A stretch of 64,000 nt of DNA, taken from positions 38,254,001 through 38,318,000 of the forward strand of contig OX597840.1 of the NCBI GenBank assembly GCA_951406725.2. The letters run 5' to 3'. This document shows positions 44,846 through 58,400 of this stretch, piece after piece (position 1 is the stretch's first letter; each line of letters opens with the position of its first letter). The notes below the pieces were generated by a model. It saw only the letters and a list, made by a program, of their open reading frames with translations, was not told the DNA's origin and made no database searches. The translations under genes were made by a program, and so were the position numbers. This DNA comes from Octopus vulgaris (lineage: Eukaryota).

Positions 44846-47800
44846 TCAAGCTGGGTTTCTCACACCCACCTTTCTTTCCACTTCCTTCCATCTTTTCTCA
44901 TACACACCCCGCGGCAAGGCCCTCTTCTCCAGCCCCATTTTGCTCTTCAGATGATATCTGAAGTAAGTGAGCAAGCTGGGGCCGGAGACAAAGGACCCTA
45001 TCGCGGCTCCTTCCATTCTCGTTCTCCACATGCATTCCTTTACCACTGCAACCGTGCAGTGAAAACATGCCTCACCTTCCTTCGAGAGTCCAGTTGGCGG
45101 TATCATCTTAATCATAGACTCAGCCGACAGCTGTACTCGTCCCAGATGCGATAACACGTGTTCTGCGTAACTTATCAAGTCGGACAACTTCCGACAGTGA
45201 ACAAAAGCGTGCTGGACGGTTTCATCGTCCAACTCGCACCTTGGACACGTCGGTGGCACTTGAACTCCGTGCCGCGATAACTTCTCGCGAACAGGTAAAG
45301 CATTCCTGTAGCACTGCCAGGCCAGGGATCTTTGGAAATTATCCAAATACCCCGACCTGAAAGTTTTTTTAAACAGGTTGGCAAGCTGGTCTTCATCAAA
45401 CCCCAGAGCCCCTCCTAGAACGTCGTCATTTTTTGCTTCCACCAGCCCTCTATAAAATACCGAGGTGGTATTTCCGCAGCCGGCCTTGCCCGTCCTGTGG
45501 ATCAGCGTGAGTGCCTGTCGGCACTCCTTTTGCCATGGAGTCAGTTTCCATCTTTTGATGTAACCGGGTTTAAAATTCACTAAGGAGGCCGGTCTCGGGA
45601 AAAAACCCTCTGCCAGCGGACTCCACACCTTATCACCCTCCAGGTGGTGCCAGAGGTGCCTTAGCCTCAACGCATGTCTGCGCATCATCAACCAAGGCAT
45701 CCCTAACCCACCCTTTAACGGTTCTTGGCAGCAAACGGAGCGTCTCACAAGTGGCTTTCCTCCTTTCCACAAAAAGCGGAAAAGGATTCGTTCCAACTTG
45801 TTAAGCCATGAACCGGGGCAAGGGACGACGGTCAGGCGGTAGGTGATTACAGATGCAATGAACATCTGTACCACCTCCGCCTTTCCTTTCAAGGACAGAG
45901 ACCTTCCGGACCAGGTCCGTACTATGGCCTCCACCTTGCTCGTCACCTCACTCCAGTTCTTCTCCGTTTGGGAGTCTGGTCCAAACCAAACTCCCAGCAA
46001 CTTAACAGGGCCATCCGTCCAGTGTCCCACGACACTGGACGATATCGGCTTGCTCCTCCAGGTGCCGAGGCGCAAGCCAACCGATTTGTCCTTGTTAACC
46101 TTTGCTCCTGCCACCGCCTCGTATCCTCTGATAGCCTCCTCTACACAAGGTAGTTGGGCCTCTTTGGACACGATGAGGGTGACGTCATCCGCGTAAGCAG
46201 TAACCGTCCTCCCACCTCCGATTTCATCCGAGTTACTCCCCAGCCTCTCCAACTTTCGCAGCAGTGGCTCAAGAGCCAATACGTACAAAAGTGGTGACAA
46301 GGGGCACCCCTGACGCACTGAACACTTGATCGAAAACGGTTCCGTTAGGTAACCGTTTATCTGGACGGTGGACTTGATGCCGCTATACATAGCGGAGATC
46401 CACCCGCGAAATTCAGGGCCCAGCCCAGTCGCTTCGAGGACCGTCGCCAGGTACCCATGGTCTACCCTATCGAAGGCTTTACTTTGGTCTAAATGGACCA
46501 TTACCCCACCTTTGCCGGCTAATTTACCCACCCTATCTAAGGTGTAGCGTATAAGGTGAAGATTGTCCTGGATCGACCTGCCTGGAATTGCACATGTCTG
46601 TGCTCTCCCTACAAGTTTCTCCACGACAACCGTCAACCTTTTTGCTAACACCTTGGCCAGAATCTTTAACTCTACATTAAGTAGAGTTATGGGCCTGTAG
46701 TTACTAATATTATCCCCCTTGCTCGGGTCTTTCTGGATTAGCGTCACCACTCCCCGGCTTACAGAACTGGGGATTCTCCCATTCTGCTGCCAGTTCGTGT
46801 AGACGCCTGCCAGTATTCCCCCGAACAAGTCCGGCATACTTTGGTAAAACTCATAGGGCAGACCATCCAACCCCGGCGACTTCTCCCCGGCGCATCCGGC
46901 CAGTATCTCCTTTATCTCCGCGGGAGTGATCGCTCCCTCACAGCACTCCACTTCACGCCCCGCGAGCCGCGGTCCGCCGGCCAGGAAGTCCTTTAAGGCC
47001 CTCCCCGATCCAGCGAACCACCACCCCCGAACACGCGAGCGAAATGCTGGTGAAGAAACTTTTGCATCTCCTCCTGTCCATAGATCTTTTGTCCCTGTTC
47101 GTCAGTCAAAGATTTAATTGAGGCTCTATTGCCTCTCTTACTCTCCACACGACGGGCCCATCCGGCCACGTTAATACCTTCTCGTTTCCCAGCACGCAGC
47201 TTAGCTCTGACTCTGCAACCTTCGTACTTGGAGTTAAGGTGACGGTACAATACCGTCCTTGCCGCCAACACTCCGGATGCAGAGCCAGCTTCCATTGCCT
47301 CGTCTAGATTCTTGACTAAATCGCCCTCTAGACTAGCCCTATCTATCCTTAGCTGATTGCTAAATCTGACGGACTCTAAACGAATGGCTCTTTTGAGGGC
47401 GTGCCACCATCTATTGTTAATGATGGTGCCACACAATGCCCTCTGAACTAACACCTTAATCCGGGTACGGAAGTCTTCACAATTCAAAATAGCCTTGTTC
47501 AGCTTCCAGTACCCGGGTCCCTGTCTATGACACTTGTCTAATTGCACCTCACACGTCACAAATTTGTGATCCGAGTAAGGTACAATATGAAATTGTGGAC
47601 AACTAAACGTATCCTTATCTCTTTTCTTAATAAATATCCTATCTAGATACGATCTGTGTGAGCCGTCGTTGTTACTCCACGTCCACTGTGGAACGCTCGG
47701 CTCATCCAGTCGGTAACAGTCCACTAGATCAAAGCTCTCTAGTAGACCCTTGAGGCTAGGGTTCCCCTTCCTATTGGTTGAGCCAACACTGTCGATGTGC

Positions 47801-48234
47801 GCTTCAAGGACAGTGTTAAAGTCCCCTACTAGGATTACTGTTTTCGACGTCGCTAAAAAGGGCTCCAGGTTCCGGAAAAAACCCGTCTGTCTACCCTCGT
47901 TCGGGGCGTAGACAGCTACCAACCTGAAGGACTGTTTACTTACGTGAGTCACATCCAGGACAACCAGCCTGCCTTCTGGGTCCAGAAAGACAGTACTTAC
48001 CTGCAAGTCCAAGCTCTTCCTGATGAAGACTGCCACGCCTCTGCCTCTTCCTCGGCTAGGAGAAATAAATTTCTCGAAACCATTTAGAAGAGGCGAGAAC
48101 GCTTGGGTCTCGCTCATCTTGGACTCGGTTGCAATAGCAATATCTACACTGTGTGTCGTGAGGTCGTTCAGGAAACAAATTTGTTTCCGTTTCGACCCCA
48201 TTCCACGTACATTTATACAACCCAGCTTAGCCAT
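44846..48234 (-). pseudogene. ORF2 (APE endonuclease-RT-zinc finger), split by a 1-bp deletion at ~47003-47006
   Basis: 413-aa and 701-aa ORFs together equal the 1129-aa copy 3 ORF2; C4 run here versus C5 in copy 3. Confidence 0.85.
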
Positions 48235-48262
48235 TGTGGGTGAGAGAGAAGGATAAGTGTAC

Positions 48263-49699
48263 TCACGGTTGGGAAAGGGAGCATGACAGTTTGGATCTGC
48301 CTGCTTCCCCTTCTTCCTCCCTTGTAGTTGCTGCTGCAGGGCTCTTGACCGGCGTTGCCACTGGGCTCTGGGTGGGTGTGGTTGCCGGGGTTATTGTCAG
48401 TTTGCCCTCCATTACCTCCTTGGTCACATCTCTTATTAGACGGTTCCTCAGGTGTTCCTGAAGAACCTCCTCCTTCCACTCGTTCTCCCCTACCTTCGCG
48501 AAGCGAGCGGTTGCTTTCCCATCTGAGGTTCTACTATACAGTATAAATCTCGAAAGTTTGCAACATTTGTAAACTTTCTCATTTTTTTCATCGAAAGCTA
48601 TTATTCTTTCGTTTTTCAGTAAGCACTTTTTTATGTCTTGTTTTATGGGGAGGGGCTTGGCAAACTGTTTTCCAATGAAAACAGTGCCATGGGGGTAGGG
48701 TTGGGGGATTTGCTTGATGTGTGTGTCTGCTGTGTTTGCTGTTTTTTTCCTTGTTTGGGGAGGGGAGTCCTGGGTATTCTCTTTTTTTCTTTTATGAGTG
48801 ACTTGTGTGTAGTCCATTAGTTCTGTTTGGTCTGTTTTTGATTCCGTACTTGTCTTCGTCATTTTGTTGTTTTTGCTTGTTTCCTCCCCTTCAGTGATAG
48901 GGGCACTTGGAGGAGGCGTTTCTTCTGTTCTTTTTTTCTTAATACAGTTGGATCGGACGTGACCCTTCTCTCCACACTTGAAGCATCTGGGTCTACGTCC
49001 CTCTACCGCAACTCTCATGGACGTACCGTCCTCATTGAAGATTCTGTCAGGCAGGCTCTCCAAGATCTTGTTCTCTGCCTGTACGAGGAGTTCCAGAGTC
49101 TGACCCTTCCACCGTACCACCTCCTTCCTTCTCATCTGCAGTACTGTTATCTCTCTTTCAATGTTGTGCAGGACCGCCGCTGCCACCCACATGATGTCGT
49201 ACCCTCTGGGTATGTCTTCTACCACTAACTTTGCAGTTCGCTTCCCCATATACGAGGGTAGCAGCATGATGTCGTCGTTTTTTAGGGTCAACGACGACAC
49301 CTCTTTCGCCACCTCTGCCGTGTCAAAGTGCGCCTCGACCGTAGCACTGCGTGCACCTCTCACAACATGACGAATTCTGTCCCACACCGGGGACAGGCAC
49401 TTCTCGACAATTTCATTTTTCACGTCCATAATCTTTTTTTCTTTAAAGCTGTACACTTTATAGATTACAATTCTTTCCTTGATTTCTTGTACTTTCGCTT
49501 GCGGCGGTACAAGCCTTATCTCGCCTCCTTCCACTTTTACTAGGTTCCTGTATTCGTATAGCTGTTCGATTTTAAATTCGACTTCCAACATGGCGCCGCC
49601 CACCGCGGCCGAGAATGACTGTTTAGGTACTTGTTTTTCCATGGTTTCACTTTTTCCCATCACGGGAAAATCGTCTTTCGACGTCAAGTCGAACTCCAT
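48263..49699 (-). CDS. ORF1 nucleic-acid-binding protein with CCHC zinc knuckle (~478 aa)
   Basis: Intact frame; CFKCGEKGHVRSNC knuckle. First ATG (MEFDLTSK) is conserved in all three copies; stop lies 28 nt before the ORF2 ATG. Confidence 0.88.
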   Translation of the reverse strand: MEFDLTSKDDFPVMGKSETMEKQVPKQSFSAAVGGAMLEVEFKIEQLYEYRNLVKVEGGEIRLVPPQAKVQEIKERIVIYKVYSFKEKKIMDVKNEIVEKCLSPVWDRIRHVVRGARSATVEAHFDTAEVAKEVSSLTLKNDDIMLLPSYMGKRTAKLVVEDIPRGYDIMWVAAAVLHNIEREITVLQMRRKEVVRWKGQTLELLVQAENKILESLPDRIFNEDGTSMRVAVEGRRPRCFKCGEKGHVRSNCIKKKRTEETPPPSAPITEGEETSKNNKMTKTSTESKTDQTELMDYTQVTHKRKKENTQDSPPQTRKKTANTADTHIKQIPQPYPHGTVFIGKQFAKPLPIKQDIKKCLLKNERIIAFDEKNEKVYKCCKLSRFILYSRTSDGKATARFAKVGENEWKEEVLQEHLRNRLIRDVTKEVMEGKLTITPATTPTQSPVATPVKSPAAATTREEEGEAGRSKLSCSLSQP

Positions 49700-50136
49700 C
49701 ACCTCGAAGGTAACAAAAATCCAAGTAATACAAAATTTTCTGCCCCGTAGGGCGAAAATTACCGTTTTACAACGGGCACTGTTCAAAATAGTTGGCACAA
49801 ACAATAATATCACGACTTCGAACTCTCTTAAATGGAGGCAGCAATTTTCTCACAACGCAAACAGAAAAATAACGCAATTAACAGAAGCGGTACTCAGTAG
49901 ATATTTCTTTATTAAGATTATAAAAATCGATACACAGAAGGACAAATACAGGACATACATACAAAAACATTTAAGAGATTCGATTAAAAATTATGTTTCA
50001 ATTCGTTATAAAATATTAACCTTTGCATAACTAGTATAGCAAACAACAGTAGGTGAACTTGTAGTCTCACTGGAGCTTTTACACCCCGGCAATTTATGAG
50101 GCCCTGCAGCTTCCACTTCCTCTCTCTCCTCCATGG

Positions 50137-53100
50137 TCAAGCTGGGTTTCTCACACCCACCTTTCTTTCCACTTCCTTCCATCTTTTCTCATACACACCC
50201 CGCGGCAAGGCCCTCTTCTCCAGCCCCATTTTGCTCTTCAGATGATATCTGAAGTAGGTGAGCAAGCTGGGGCCGGAGACAAAGGACCCTATCGCGGCTC
50301 CTTCCATTCTCGTTCTCCACATGCATTCCTTTACCACTGCAACCGTGCAGTGAAAACATGCCTCACCTTCCTTCGAGAGTCCAGTTGGCGGTATCATCTT
50401 AATCATAGACTCAGCCGACAGCTGTACTCGTCCCAGATGCGATAACACGTGTTCTGCGTAACTTATCAAGTCGGACAACTTCCGACAGTGAACAAAAGCG
50501 TGCTGGACGGTTTCATCGTCCAACCCGCACCTTGGACACGTCGGTGGCACTTGAACTCCGTGCCGCGATAACTTCTCGCGAACAGGTAAAGCATTCCTGT
50601 AGCACTGCCAGGCCAGGGATCTTTGGAAATTATCCAAATACCCCGACCTGAAAGTTTTTTTAAACCGGTTGGCAAGCTGGTCTTCATCAAACCCCAGAGC
50701 CCCTCCTAGGACGTCGTCATTTTTTGCTTCCACCAGCCCTCTATAAAATACCGAGGTGGTATTTCCGCAGCCGGCCTTGCCCGTCCTGTGGATCAGCGTG
50801 AGTGCCTGTCGGCACTCCTTTTGCCATGGAGTCAGTTTCCATCTTTTGATGTAACCGGGTTTAAAATTCACTAAGGAGGCCGGTCTCGGGAAAAAACCCT
50901 CTGCCAGCGGACTCCACACCTTATCACCCTCCAGGTGGTGCCAGAGGTGACTTAGCCTCAACGCATGTCTGCGCATCATCAACCAAGGCATCCCTAACCC
51001 ACCCTTTAACGGTTCTTGGCAGCAAACGGAGCGTCTCACAAGTGGCTTTCCTCCTTTCCACAAAAAGCGGAAAAGGATTCGTTCCAACTTGTTAAGCCAT
51101 GAATCGGGGCAAGGGACGACGGTCAGGCGGTAGGTGATTACAGATGCAATGAACATCTGTACCACCTCCGCCTTTCCTTTCAAGGACAGAGACCTTCCGG
51201 ACCAGGTCCGTACTATGGCCTCCACCTTGCTCGTCACCTCACTCCAGTTCTTCTCCGTTTGGGAGTCTGGTCCAAACCAAACTCCCAGCAACTTAACAGG
51301 GCCATCCGTCCAGTGTCCCACGACACTGGACGATATCGGCTTGCTCCTCCAGGTGCCGAGGCGCAAGCCAACCGATTTGTCCTTGTTAACCCTTGCTCCT
51401 GCCACCGCCTCGTATCCTCTGATAGCCTCCTCTACACAAGGTAGTTGGGCCTCTTTGGACACGATGAGGGTGACGTCATCCGCGTAAGCAGTAACCGTCC
51501 TCCCACCTCCGATTTCATCCGAGTTACTCCCCAGCCTCTCCAACTTTCGCAGCAGTGGCTCAAGAGCCAATACGTACAAAAGTGGTGACAAGGGGCACCC
51601 CTGACGCACTGAACACTTGATCGAAAACGGTTCCGTTAGGTAACCGTTTATCTGGACGGTGGACTTGATGCCGCTATACATAGCGGAGATCCACCCGCGA
51701 AATTCAGGGCCCAGCCCAGTCGCTTCGAGGACCGTCGCCAGGTACCCATGGTCTACCCTATCGAAGGCTTTACTTTGGTCTAAATGGACCATTACCCCAC
51801 CTTTGCCGGCTAATTTACCCACCCTATCTAAGGTGTAGCGTATAAGGTGAAGATTGTCCTGGATCGACCTGCCTGGAATTGCACATGTCTGTGCTCTCCC
51901 TACAAGTTTCTCCACGACAACCGTCAACCTTTTTGCTAACACCTTGGCCAGAATCTTTAACTCTACATTAAGTAGAGTTATGGGCCTGTAGTTACTAATA
52001 TTATCCCCCTTGCTCGGGTCTTTCTGGATTAGCGTCACCACTCCCCGGCTTACAGAACTGGGGATTCTCCCATTCTGCTGCCAGTTCGTGTAGACGCCTG
52101 CCAGTATTCCCCCGAACAAGTCCGGCATACTTTGGTAAAACTCATAGGGCAGACCATCCAACCCCGGCGACTTCTCCCCGGCGCATCCGGCCAGTATCTC
52201 CTTTATCTCCGCGGGAGTGATCGCTCCCTCACAGCACTCCACTTCACGCCCCGCGAGCCGCGGTCCGCCGGCCAGGAAGTCCTTTAAGGCCCTCCCCGAT
52301 CCAGCGAACCACCACCCCCGAACACGCGAGCGAAATGCTGGTGAAGAAACTTTTGCATCTCCTCCTGTCCATAGATCTTTTGTCCCTGTTCGTCAGTCAA
52401 AGATTTAATTGAGGCTCTATTGCCTCTCTTACTCTCCACACGACGGGCCCATCCGGCCACGTTAATACCTTCTCGTTTCCCAGCACGCAGCTTAGCTCTG
52501 ACTCTGCAACCTTCGTACTTGGAGTTAAGGTGACGGTACAATACCGTCCTTGCCGCCAACACTCCGGATGCAGAGCCAGCTTCCATTGCCTCGTCTAGAT
52601 TCTTGACTAAATCGCCCTCTAGACTAGCCCTATCTATCCTTAGCTGATTGCTAAATCTGACGGACTCTAAACGAATGGCTCTTTTGAGGGCGTGCCACCA
52701 TCTATTGTTAATGATGGTGCCACACAATGCCCTCTGAACTAACACCTTAATCCGGGTACGGAAGTCTTCACAATTCAAAATAGCCTTGTTCAGCTTCCAG
52801 TACCCGGGTCCCTGTCTATGACACTTGTCTAATTGCACCTCACACGTCACAAATTTGTGATCCGAGTAAGGTACAATATGAAATTGTGGACAACTAAACG
52901 TATCCTTATCTCTTTTCTTAATAAATATCCTATCTAGATACGATCTGTGTGAGCCGTCGTTGTTACTCCACGTCCACTGTGGAACGCTCGGCTCATCCAG
53001 TCGGTAACGGTCCACTAGATCAAAGCTCTCTAGTAGACCCTTGAGGCTAGGGTTCCCCTTCCTATTGGTTGAGCCAACACTGTCGATGTGCGCTTCAAGG

Positions 53101-53525
53101 ACAGTGTTAAAGTCCCCTACTAGGATTACTGTTTTCGACGTCGCTAAAAAGGGCTCCAGGTTCCGGAAAAAACCCGTCTGTCTACCCTCGTTCGGGGCGT
53201 AGACAGCTACCAACCTGAAGGACTGTTTACTTACGTGAGTCACATCCAGGACAACCAGCCTGCCTTCTGGGTCCAGAAAGACAGTACTTACCTGCAAGTC
53301 CAAGCTCTTCCTGATGAAGACTGCCACGCCTCTGCCTCTTCCTCGGCTAGGAGAAATAAATTTCTCGAAACCATTTAGAAGAGGCGAGAACGCTTGGGTC
53401 TCGCTCATCTTGGACTCGGTTGCAATAGCAATATCTACACTGTGTGTCGTGAGGTCGTTCAGGAAACAAATTTGTTTCCGTTTCGACCCCATTCCACGTA
53501 CATTTATACAACCCAGCTTAGCCAT
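50137..53525 (-). pseudogene. ORF2, same 1-bp frameshift as copy 1 (52294-52297)
   Basis: 413-aa plus 701-aa ORFs. Confidence 0.85.
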
Positions 53526-53553
53526 TGTGGGTGAGAGAGAAGGATAAGTGTAC

Positions 53554-54991
53554 TCACGGTTGGGAAAGGGAGCATGACAGTTTGGATCTGCCTGCTTCCC
53601 CTTCTTCCTCCCTTGTAGTTGCTGCTGCAGGGCTCTTGACCGGCGTTGCCACTGGGCTCTGGGTGGGTGTGGTTGCCGGGGTTATTGTCAGTTTGCCCTC
53701 CATTACCTCCTTGGTCACATCTCTTATTAGACGGTTCCTCAGGTGTTCCTGAAGAACCTCCTCCTTCCACTCGTTCTCCCCTACCTTCGCGAAGCGAGCG
53801 GTTGCTTTCCCATCTGAGGTTCTACTATACAGTATAAATCTCGAAAGTTTGCAACATTTGTAAACTTTCTCATTTTTTTCATCGAAAGCTATTATTCTTT
53901 CGTTTTTCAGTAAGCACTTTTTTATGTCTTGTTTTATGGGGAGGGGCTTGGCAAACTGTTTTCCAATGAAAACAGTGCCATGGGGGTAGGGTTGGGGGAT
54001 TTGCTTGATGTGTGTGTCTGCTGTGTTTGCTGTTTTTTTCCTTGTTTGGGGAGGGGAGTCCTGGGTATTCTCTTTTTTTTCTTTTATGAGTGACTTGTGT
54101 GTAGTCCATTAGTTCTGTTTGGTCTGTTTTTGATTCCGTACTTGTCTTCGTCATTTTGTTGTTTTTGCTTGTTTCCTCCCCTTCAGTGATAGGGGCACTT
54201 GGAGGAGGCGTTTCTTCTGTTCTTTTTTTCTTAATACAGTTGGATCGGACGTGACCCTTCTCTCCACACTTGAAGCATCTGGGTCTACGTCCCTCTACCG
54301 CAACTCTCATGGACGTACCGTCCTCATTGAAGATTCTGTCAGGCAGGCTCTCCAAGATCTTGTTCTCTGCCTGTACGAGGAGTTCCAGAGTCTGACCCTT
54401 CCACCGTACCACCTCCTTCCTTCTCATCTGCAGTACTGTTATCTCTCTTTCAATGTTGTGCAGGACCGCCGCTGCCACCCACATGATGTCGTACCCTCTG
54501 GGTATGTCTTCTACCACTAACTTTGCAGTTCGCTTCCCCATATACGAGGGTAGCAGCATGATGTCGTCGTTTTTTAGGGTCAACGACGACACCTCTTTCG
54601 CCACCTCTGCCGTGTCAAAGTGCGCCTCGACCGTAGCACTGCGTGCACCTCTCACAACATGACGAATTCTGTCCCACACCGGGGACAGGCACTTCTCGAC
54701 AATTTCATTTTTCACGTCCATAATCTTTTTTTCTTTAAAGCTGTACACTTTATAGATTACAATTCTTTCCTTGATTTCTTGTACTTTCGCTTGCGGCGGT
54801 ACAAGCCTTATCTCGCCTCCTTCCACTTTTACTAGGTTCCTGTATTCGTATAGCTGTTCGATTTTAAATTCGACTTCCAACTTGGCGCCGCCCACCGCGG
54901 CCGAGAATGACTGTTTAGGTACTTGTTTTTCCATGGTTTCACTTTTTCCCATCACGGGAAAATCGTCTTTCGACGTCAAGTCGAACTCCAT
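53554..54991 (-). pseudogene. ORF1 with +1 frameshift in T8 run (54073-54080)
   Basis: Matches copy 1 ORF1 up to THKRKK, then shifts frame. Confidence 0.82.
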
Positions 54992-55439
54992 CACCTCGAA
55001 GGTAACAAAAATCCAAGTAATACAAAATTTTCTGCCCCGTAGGGCGAAAATTACCGTTTTACAACGGGCACTGTTCAAAATAGTTGGCACAAACAATAAT
55101 ATCACGACTTCGAACTCTCTTAAATGGAGGCAGCAATTTTCTCACAACGCAAACAGAAAAATAACGCAATTAACAGAAGCGGCACTCAGTGCGGTACTCA
55201 GTAGATATTTCTTTATTACGATTATAAAAATCGGTACACAGAATTACAAATACAGGACATACATACAAAAACATTTAAGAGAATCGTTTAAAAATTGTTT
55301 AAATTCGTTATAAAAATATTAACCTTTGCTTAACTAGTATAGCAAACAACAGTAGGTAACCTTGTCGTCTCACTGGCGTTTTTACACCCCGGCAATTTGT
55401 GAGGCCCTGCAGCTTCCACTTCCTCTCTCTCCTCCATGA

Positions 55440-58400
55440 TCAAGCTGGGTTTCTCACACCCACCTTTCTTTCTACTTCCTTCCATCTTTTCTCGTACACA
55501 CCCCGCGGCAGGGTCCTCTTCTCCAGCCCCATTTTGCTCTTCAGATGATATCTGAAGTAAGTGAGCAAGCCGGGTCCGGAGATGAAGGACCCTATCGCGG
55601 CTCCTTCCATTCTCGTTCTCCACATGCATTCCTTTACCACTGCCACCGTGCAGTGGAAACATGCCTCACCTTCCTTCGAGAGTCCAGTTGGCGGTATCAT
55701 CTTAATCATAGACTCAGCCGACAGCTGTACTCGTCCCAGATGGGACAACACGTGTTCTGCGTAACTTATCAAGTCGGACAACTTCCGACAGTGAACAAAG
55801 GCGTGCTGGACGGTTTCATCGTCCAACCCGCACCTTGGACACGTCGGTGGCACTTGAACTCCGTGCCGCGATAACTTCTCGCGAACAGGTAAAGCATTCC
55901 TGTAGCACTGCCAGGCCAGGGATCTTTGGAAATTATCCAAATACCCCGACCTGAAAGTTTTTTTAAACAGGTTGGCGAGCTGGTCTTCATCAAACCCCAG
56001 AGCCCCTCCTAGGACGTCGTCATTTTTTACCTCCACCAGCCCTCTATAAAATACCGAGGTGGTATTTCCGCAGCCGGCCTTACCCGTCTTGTGGATCAGC
56101 GTGAGTGCCTGTCGGCACTCTTTTTGCCATGGAGTCAGTTTCCATCTTTTGATGTAACCGGGTTTAAAATTAACTAAGGAGGCCGGTCTCGGGAAAAATC
56201 CCTCTGCCAGCGGACTCCACACCTTATCACCCTCCAGGTGGTGCCAGAGGTGCCTTAGCCTCAACGCATGTCTGCGCATCATCAACCAAGGCATCCCTAA
56301 CCCGCCCTTTAACGGTTCTTGGCAGCAAACGGATCGTCTCACAAGTGGCTTTCCTCCTTTCCACAAAAAGCGGAAAAGGATTCGTTCCAACTTGTTAAGC
56401 CATGAATCGGGGCAAGGGACAACGGTCAGGCGGTAGGTGATTACAGATGCAATAAACATCTGCACCACCTCCGCCCTTCCTTTCAGGGACAGAGACCTTC
56501 CGGACCAGGTCCGTACTATGGCCTCCACCCTGCTCGTCACCTCGCTCCAGTTCTTCTCCGTTTGGGAGTCTGGTCCAAACCAAACTCCCAGCAACTTAAC
56601 AGGGCCATCCGTCCAGTGTCCCACGACACTGGACGATATCGGCTTGCTCCTCCAGGTGCCGAGGCGCAAGCCAACCGATTTGTCCTTGTTAACCTTTGCT
56701 CCTGCCACCGCCTCGTATCCTCTGATAACCTCCTCCACACAAGGTAGTTGGGCCTCTTTGGACACGATGAGGGTGACGTCATCCGCGTAAGCAGTCACCG
56801 TCCTCCCACCTCCGATTTCATCCGAGTTACTCCCCAGCCTCTCCAACTTTCGCAGCAGTGGCTCAAGAGCCAATACGTACAAAAGTGGTGACAAGGGGCA
56901 CCCCTGACGCACTGAACACTTGATCGAAAACGGTTCCGTTAGGTAACCGTTTATCTGGACGGTGGACTTGATGCCGCTATACATAGCGGAGATCCACCCG
57001 CGAAATTCAGGGCCCAGCCCAGTCGCTTCGAGGACCGTCGCCAGGTACCCATGGTCTACCCTATCGAAGGCTTTACTTTGGTCTAAATGGACCATTACCC
57101 CACCTTTGCCGGCTAATTTACCCACCCTATCTAAGGTGTAGCGTATAAGGTGAAGATTGTCCTGGATCGACCTGCCTGGAATTGCACATGTCTGTGCTCT
57201 CCCTACAAGTTTCTCCACGACAACCGTCAACCTTTTTGCTAACACCTTGGCCAGAATCTTTAACTCTACATTAAGTAGAGTTATGGGCCTGTAGTTACTA
57301 ATATTATCCCCCTTGCTCGGGTCTTTCTGGATTAGCGTCACCACTCCCCGGCTTACAGAACTGGGGATTCTCCCATTCTGCTGCCAGTTCGTGTAGACGC
57401 CTGCCAGTATTCCCCCGAACAAGTCCGGCATACTTTGGTAAAACTCATAGGGCAGACCATCCAACCCCGGCGACTTCTCCCCGGCGCATCCGGCCAGTAT
57501 CTCCTTTATCTCCGCGGGAGTGATCGCTCCCTCACAGCACTCCACTTCACGCCCCGCGAGCCGCGGTCCGCCGGCCAGGAAGTCCTTTAAGGCCCTCCCC
57601 CGATCCAGCGAACCACCACCCCCGAACACGCGAGCGAAATGCTGGTGAAGAAACTTTTGCATCTCCTCCTGTCCATAGATCTTTTGTCCCTGTTCGTCAG
57701 TCAAAGATTTAATTGAGGCTCTATTGCCTCTCTTACTCTCCACACGACGGGCCCATCCGGCCACGTTAATACCTTCTCGTTTCCCAGCACGCAGCTTAGC
57801 TCTGACTCTGCAACCTTCGTACTTGGAGTTAAGGTGACGGTACAATACCGTCCTTGCCGCCAACACTCCGGATGCAGAGCCAGCTTCCATTGCCTCGTCT
57901 AGATTCTTGACTAAATCGCCCTCTAGACTAGCCCTATCTATCCTTAGCTGATTGCTAAATCTGACGGACTCTAAACGAATGGCTCTTTTGAGGGCGTGCC
58001 ACCATCTATTGTTAATGATGGTGCCACACAATGCCCTCTGAACTAACACCTTAATCCGGGTACGGAAGTCTTCACAATTCAAAATAGCCTTGTTCAGCTT
58101 CCAGTACCCGGGTCCCTGTCTATGACACTTGTCTAATTGCACCTCACACGTCACAAATTTGTGATCCGAGTAAGGTACAATATGAAATTGTGGACAACTA
58201 AACGTATCCTTATCTCTTTTCTTAATAAATATCCTATCTAGATACGATCTGTGTGAGCCGTCGTTGTTACTCCACGTCCACTGTGGAACGCTCGGCTCAT
58301 CCAGTCGGTAACGGTCCACTAGATCAAAGCTCTCTAGTAGACCCTTGAGGCTAGGGTTCCCCTTCCTATTGGTTGAGCCAACACTGTCGATGTGCGCTTC

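Larger units (their letters stand above)
44611..49885 (-). mobile_element. Tx1-clade non-LTR retrotransposon, copy 1 (full length)
   Basis: ORF1 plus APE-RT ORF2; 3' end AATAAAGAAATA with no poly(A); bounded by the target repeats. Confidence 0.92.
49902..55177 (-). mobile_element. Tx1-clade non-LTR retrotransposon, copy 2 (full length)
   Basis: Offset 5291 bp from copy 1; near-identical with a few private substitutions. Confidence 0.92.

Noticed and set aside
49479-50030. 183-aa antisense ORF across the LINE junction (similar at 54771-55313)
   Set aside because: Non-ATG start, antisense shadow of ORF1, and truncated to 82 aa in copy 3.
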